Source: Antedon mediterranea
Taxonomy: Eukaryota; Animalia; Echinodermata
Assembly: GCF_964355755.1 (NCBI RefSeq)
Contig: NC_092671.1
Coordinates: 40,682,304-40,746,303 of the forward strand
Reading direction: 5' to 3'
DNA: 64,000 bases
Numbering within the stretch: the stretch's first letter is position 1; the number at the start of each line of letters is the position of its first letter. The translations under genes and the position numbers were made by a program. This document shows, in pieces, positions 60,444 through 64,000 of the stretch. Below the pieces are notes generated by a model. It ran no database searches. It had not been told where the DNA came from and was given only the letters and a program-made list of their open reading frames with translations.

Positions 60444-63400
60444 ATGGCAGCAACTAGGCCTAACAATACATCGTCTTTATCGACAGAGTCAAATTCGGTG
60501 GCTGGAATTTTTGATACTATGAGTTATGGTCCAGCTCCAGAAACTGAAAATGCTGCGCAGGTAATGCACAATGCGGTGTATTTGTAAATATTATTTTGAT
60601 AAAGTCCTAGCCCTCCTACTAGGAGGCTAGCTAGGCTAGGCTTACTAAAATACCCGTCTGAGCTACGTACTACCCGCACAACAACAACGTGGTGACATGT
60701 CTGATGATCGATACCATATAATATTAATGCGAATAATGACCATTTCGGTCGTTGTTGGTTGAGAGCCTAGCTAGTAGTCCAAATTAGGTTTATAGAACAT
60801 GAAAAACCGACTAATTATATAATATTTAATAAAACAATTTCCTACTTTTACGTACTTTTTAATTAAGGCATGGATTGAAAAACACAAAAGAAGTTTTGGT
60901 CACTTTATTGACAATAAATGGGTGAAACCAGTTGGCCGTAAAACATATACATCAAAATCACCGGTGACGGGAGAAGTGCTAAGTGAAACAATTCAAGGAG
61001 AGGAGGAAGACATTGAACTTGCAGTTTCTGCTGCTCACAAAGCTTTTCAATCCTGGAGCAAATTGTCATGCGATGTACGAGCTCGATATCTCTACAGGTT
61101 TGTACTTTTTCTACAAAAAGTCATGTTTTTGTCACAGCAGTGATCTTCAATCAACCTTATTTTGTTATTATTTTAGTAAAATTAGTGATTAGTCAATTAC
61201 TGAATTATATATGTATGTGATCTCAAACCTGGATGATAATGACTTTCATAAACATGAATAGACTGATTTGTAATCATGATAATTATGTGTATTTTTTACA
61301 GTATTGCAAGACATGTACAAAAACACAGCAGGTTACTGAGTGTAGTTGAAGCTCTTGATAATGGCAAATCCATTAGAGAGACAAGAGACTGTGATATACC
61401 ACTAGTTGTACGCCATTTCTATCACCATGCAGGATGGGCGGAATTAATGGATTCTGAGATGAGCAACTGGAAACCTGTTGGTCAGTGAAGCATATCTTAT
61501 CTATCTATTTATAACAAATAATGAATGTTTATGAGTGGAATGGTGCAAATAATTTCATGAGGTGAAAAATGGAATTTTATATTTCAATTATTTGTATCCA
61601 TGAATATAAAACATCTAGCTCATGTGCACTTTAAAGAACCTAGTACATCTTTCAAGATGAGTAAGGTGGTTACCCCGGTGTACTAGTACATCACAGCGAC
61701 TGATCATAACTGGACCCTCTGGGACACCAGTCTTTGACTGAAGAGGTCACCCAGTATATATAAAATATTTCAATTTAATTAGGTTTATTCGTTATTTGTA
61801 GGTGTTGTTGGTGCTATTGTTCCATGGAATTTTCCCCTAATGTTGTTAACATGGAAAGTATGTCCAGCTCTTGCAATGGGTAATACAGTTGTTCTTAAAC
61901 CAGCTACATACACTCGTCTCAGTGCCTTACTCTTTGCTGAAATATGTGCAGAGGCTGGTTTACCTCCAGGTGTCTTCAATGTTGTGACTGGTAATGGGGC
62001 ATTTGGCAGTAAGCTTGCCATGCATCAACAAGTTGATAAAGTAGCTTTTACTGGCTCTACACAGGTATTCTTATTGTTCTAAAAAAGCTATTTTAATAAT
62101 GTGATAATAATGCAGTAGTAGAATAACATTAACGGATGTGTTTAGAATGGGATTTTAAGATAATGCAGTTCTTTCATAAGATGATAGTTTTGCAACAAAG
62201 CTTTTCTGCCGGCTGGGACGTCCCATCGAAAGCGTTTGAGTTCGCTGAGACCCCGGGCTCTAGCATGTGTGAATGTGTGTTATTGTTGTATTGTAAAATC
62301 AGGAATGAATTGAATTAAATTAAGCATCAAGTTTTTAGCTTTTTTGGTTTCGCCACTCTTATTTTAAATAATTTATTTACTTTGTACATAAAAAAGAAAA
62401 GATAAATAAATGTTCTGAAATGAAAAATGAAATACATTGCTGTAGACCTGATAATGATTACATTGCTGTAGACCTGATAATGATTACATTGCTGTAGACC
62501 TGATAATGATTACATTGCTGTAGACCTGATAATGATTACATTACATTGCTGTAGACCTGATAATGATTAAATTGCTGTAGACCTGATAATGATTAAATTG
62601 CTGTAGACCTGATAATGATTACATTGCTGTAGACCTGATAATGATTACATTGCTGTAGACCTGATAATGATTACATTGCTGTAGACCTGATAATGATTAC
62701 ATTGCTGTAGACCTGATTGATTACATTACATTGCTGTAGACCTGATAATGATTACATTGCTGTAGACCTGATAATGATTACATTGCTGTAGACCTGATAA
62801 TGATTACATTGCTGTAGACGTGATAATGATTACATTACATTGCTGTAGACCTGATAATGATTACATTGCTGTAGACCTGATAATGATTACATTGCTGTAG
62901 ACCTGATAATGATTACATTACATTGCTGTAGACCTGATAATGATTACATTACATTGCTGTAGACCTGATAATGATTACATTACATTGCTGTAGACCTGAT
63001 AATGATTACATTAAATTGCTTTAGACCTGATAATGATTACATTACATTGCTGTAGACCTGATAATGATTACATTACATTGCTGTAGACCTGATAATGATT
63101 ACATTACATTGCTGTAGACCTGATAATGATTACATTGCTGTAGACCTGATAATGATTACATTACATTGCTGTAGACCTGATAATGATTACATTACATTGC
63201 TGTAGACCTGATAATGATTACATTATTACATTGCTGTAGACCTGATAATGATTACATTACATTGCTGTAGACCTGATAATGATTACATTAAATTGCTGTA
63301 GACCTGATAATGATTATATTACGTTATAGGTTGGACAAATCTTAAGAAAGTTGACAGCTGGCTCTGGTAAGAAATTGTCTTTAGAGCTTGGCGGAAAGTC

Positions 63401-63914
63401 ACCAGTGGTAGTGTTTGAATCGGCTGATCTTGATAGCACTGTTGAAGGGATAGTTGATGCTATATGGTTCAACCAAGGCCAAGTAAGGAGGATATTGTCA
63501 ATTTATTTTGAAGCAGTGCATTTTAAAATGGCATTATATGCAAAATAAAAAAATTGATTGATTGATTATTCCTGTTTTTATCATTAAAGTTCAATTTTTT
63601 TATAGTAGTTTAATTAGTGTTTATCTGTTTGAAAGTGCTCCAGCATTATTAATAACTTTGTAGCCTAGACTCTTCTACTCATATGTAGAATCTATAACGG
63701 GTATTTTACATTTCAGGTTTGCAGTGCTGGGTCTCGTCTAATTGTGCAAGAGACTGTATTAGAGGAACTTGTTGATAAATTGAAAGAAAGAATGAAACAC
63801 CTTAGGCTAGGTCACTCTTTGGATAAAGCCATTGATATGGGTCCTATTGTGGACCCATCCCAAAAGAAATCTATTAGTGATTATGTTGAAAGAGCTAGAA
63901 AGGAAGGTGCTGAG
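60444..63914 (+). CDS. ALDH16A1: Aldehyde dehydrogenase family 16 member A1, 5' six exons (continues past the window)
   Basis: Exons 60444-60560, 60868-61097, 61302-61480, 61802-62064, 63330-63482 and 63717-63914. The N-terminus MAATR...[12 protein letters not shown]...AW is typical of ALDH16. Motifs [22 protein letters not shown] and [11 protein letters not shown]. Confidence 0.92.
61624..61762 (+). mobile_element. DeuSINE-like core fragment
   Basis: gcactttaaagaacc...gagtaaggtggttaccccggtgt resembles the recalled Deu-domain consensus. Confidence 0.5.
62433..63316. repeat. 26/31-bp minisatellite (~30+ copies) in ALDH16A1 intron 4
   Basis: tacattgctgtagacctgataatgat with an optional extra tacat. 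Confidence 0.95.
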
Positions 63915-64000
63915 GTAAGTGTATAATCAAATAAAGTGAATGAATTCATTATAGGTTCATTATTTTATTTATTTATTATCATTATTATTTATTTATTTGG

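Noticed and set aside
62433-63316. CRISPR-like regular repeats (also 47026, 54315, 20527)
   Set aside because: Head-to-tail units with no unique spacers, no cas genes and a eukaryotic intron context.

Overview
AT-rich, intron-rich animal genomic DNA, probably an invertebrate deuterostome (inferred from a DeuSINE-like fragment and gene style). It contains no prokaryotic features. Plus-strand genes: a complete synaptotagmin-1-like gene (CDS 21809-29848, about 410 aa), a complete NUP205 (37193-57280, about 36 exons, one U12-type intron) and the 5' part of ALDH16A1 (60444 to the window end, catalytic Cys retained). Two features are not resolved by the ORF track. (1) An intact four-exon minus-strand gene (58953-57940) encodes a 156-aa solo synaptotagmin-C2B-like domain with synaptotagmin intron positions but none of the Ca2+-binding aspartates. 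(2) A duplication junction at about 3.3-7.9 kb places copies of the synaptotagmin lumenal and transmembrane exons in splice phase with the last two exons of a Rab5 copy, giving a potential 121-aa chimera whose indels all preserve frame. Mobile DNA is abundant: a young Gmr1-type Gypsy LTR element (PR-IN-RT-RH order) inserted in a palindrome, a Helitron whose empty site is in the window, Helentron/DINE-like repeats, foldback/Mutator-like and Harbinger-like MITEs nested upstream of NUP205, SINE/LINE fragments and many minisatellites. All calls come from manual reading and translation; no database search was run.
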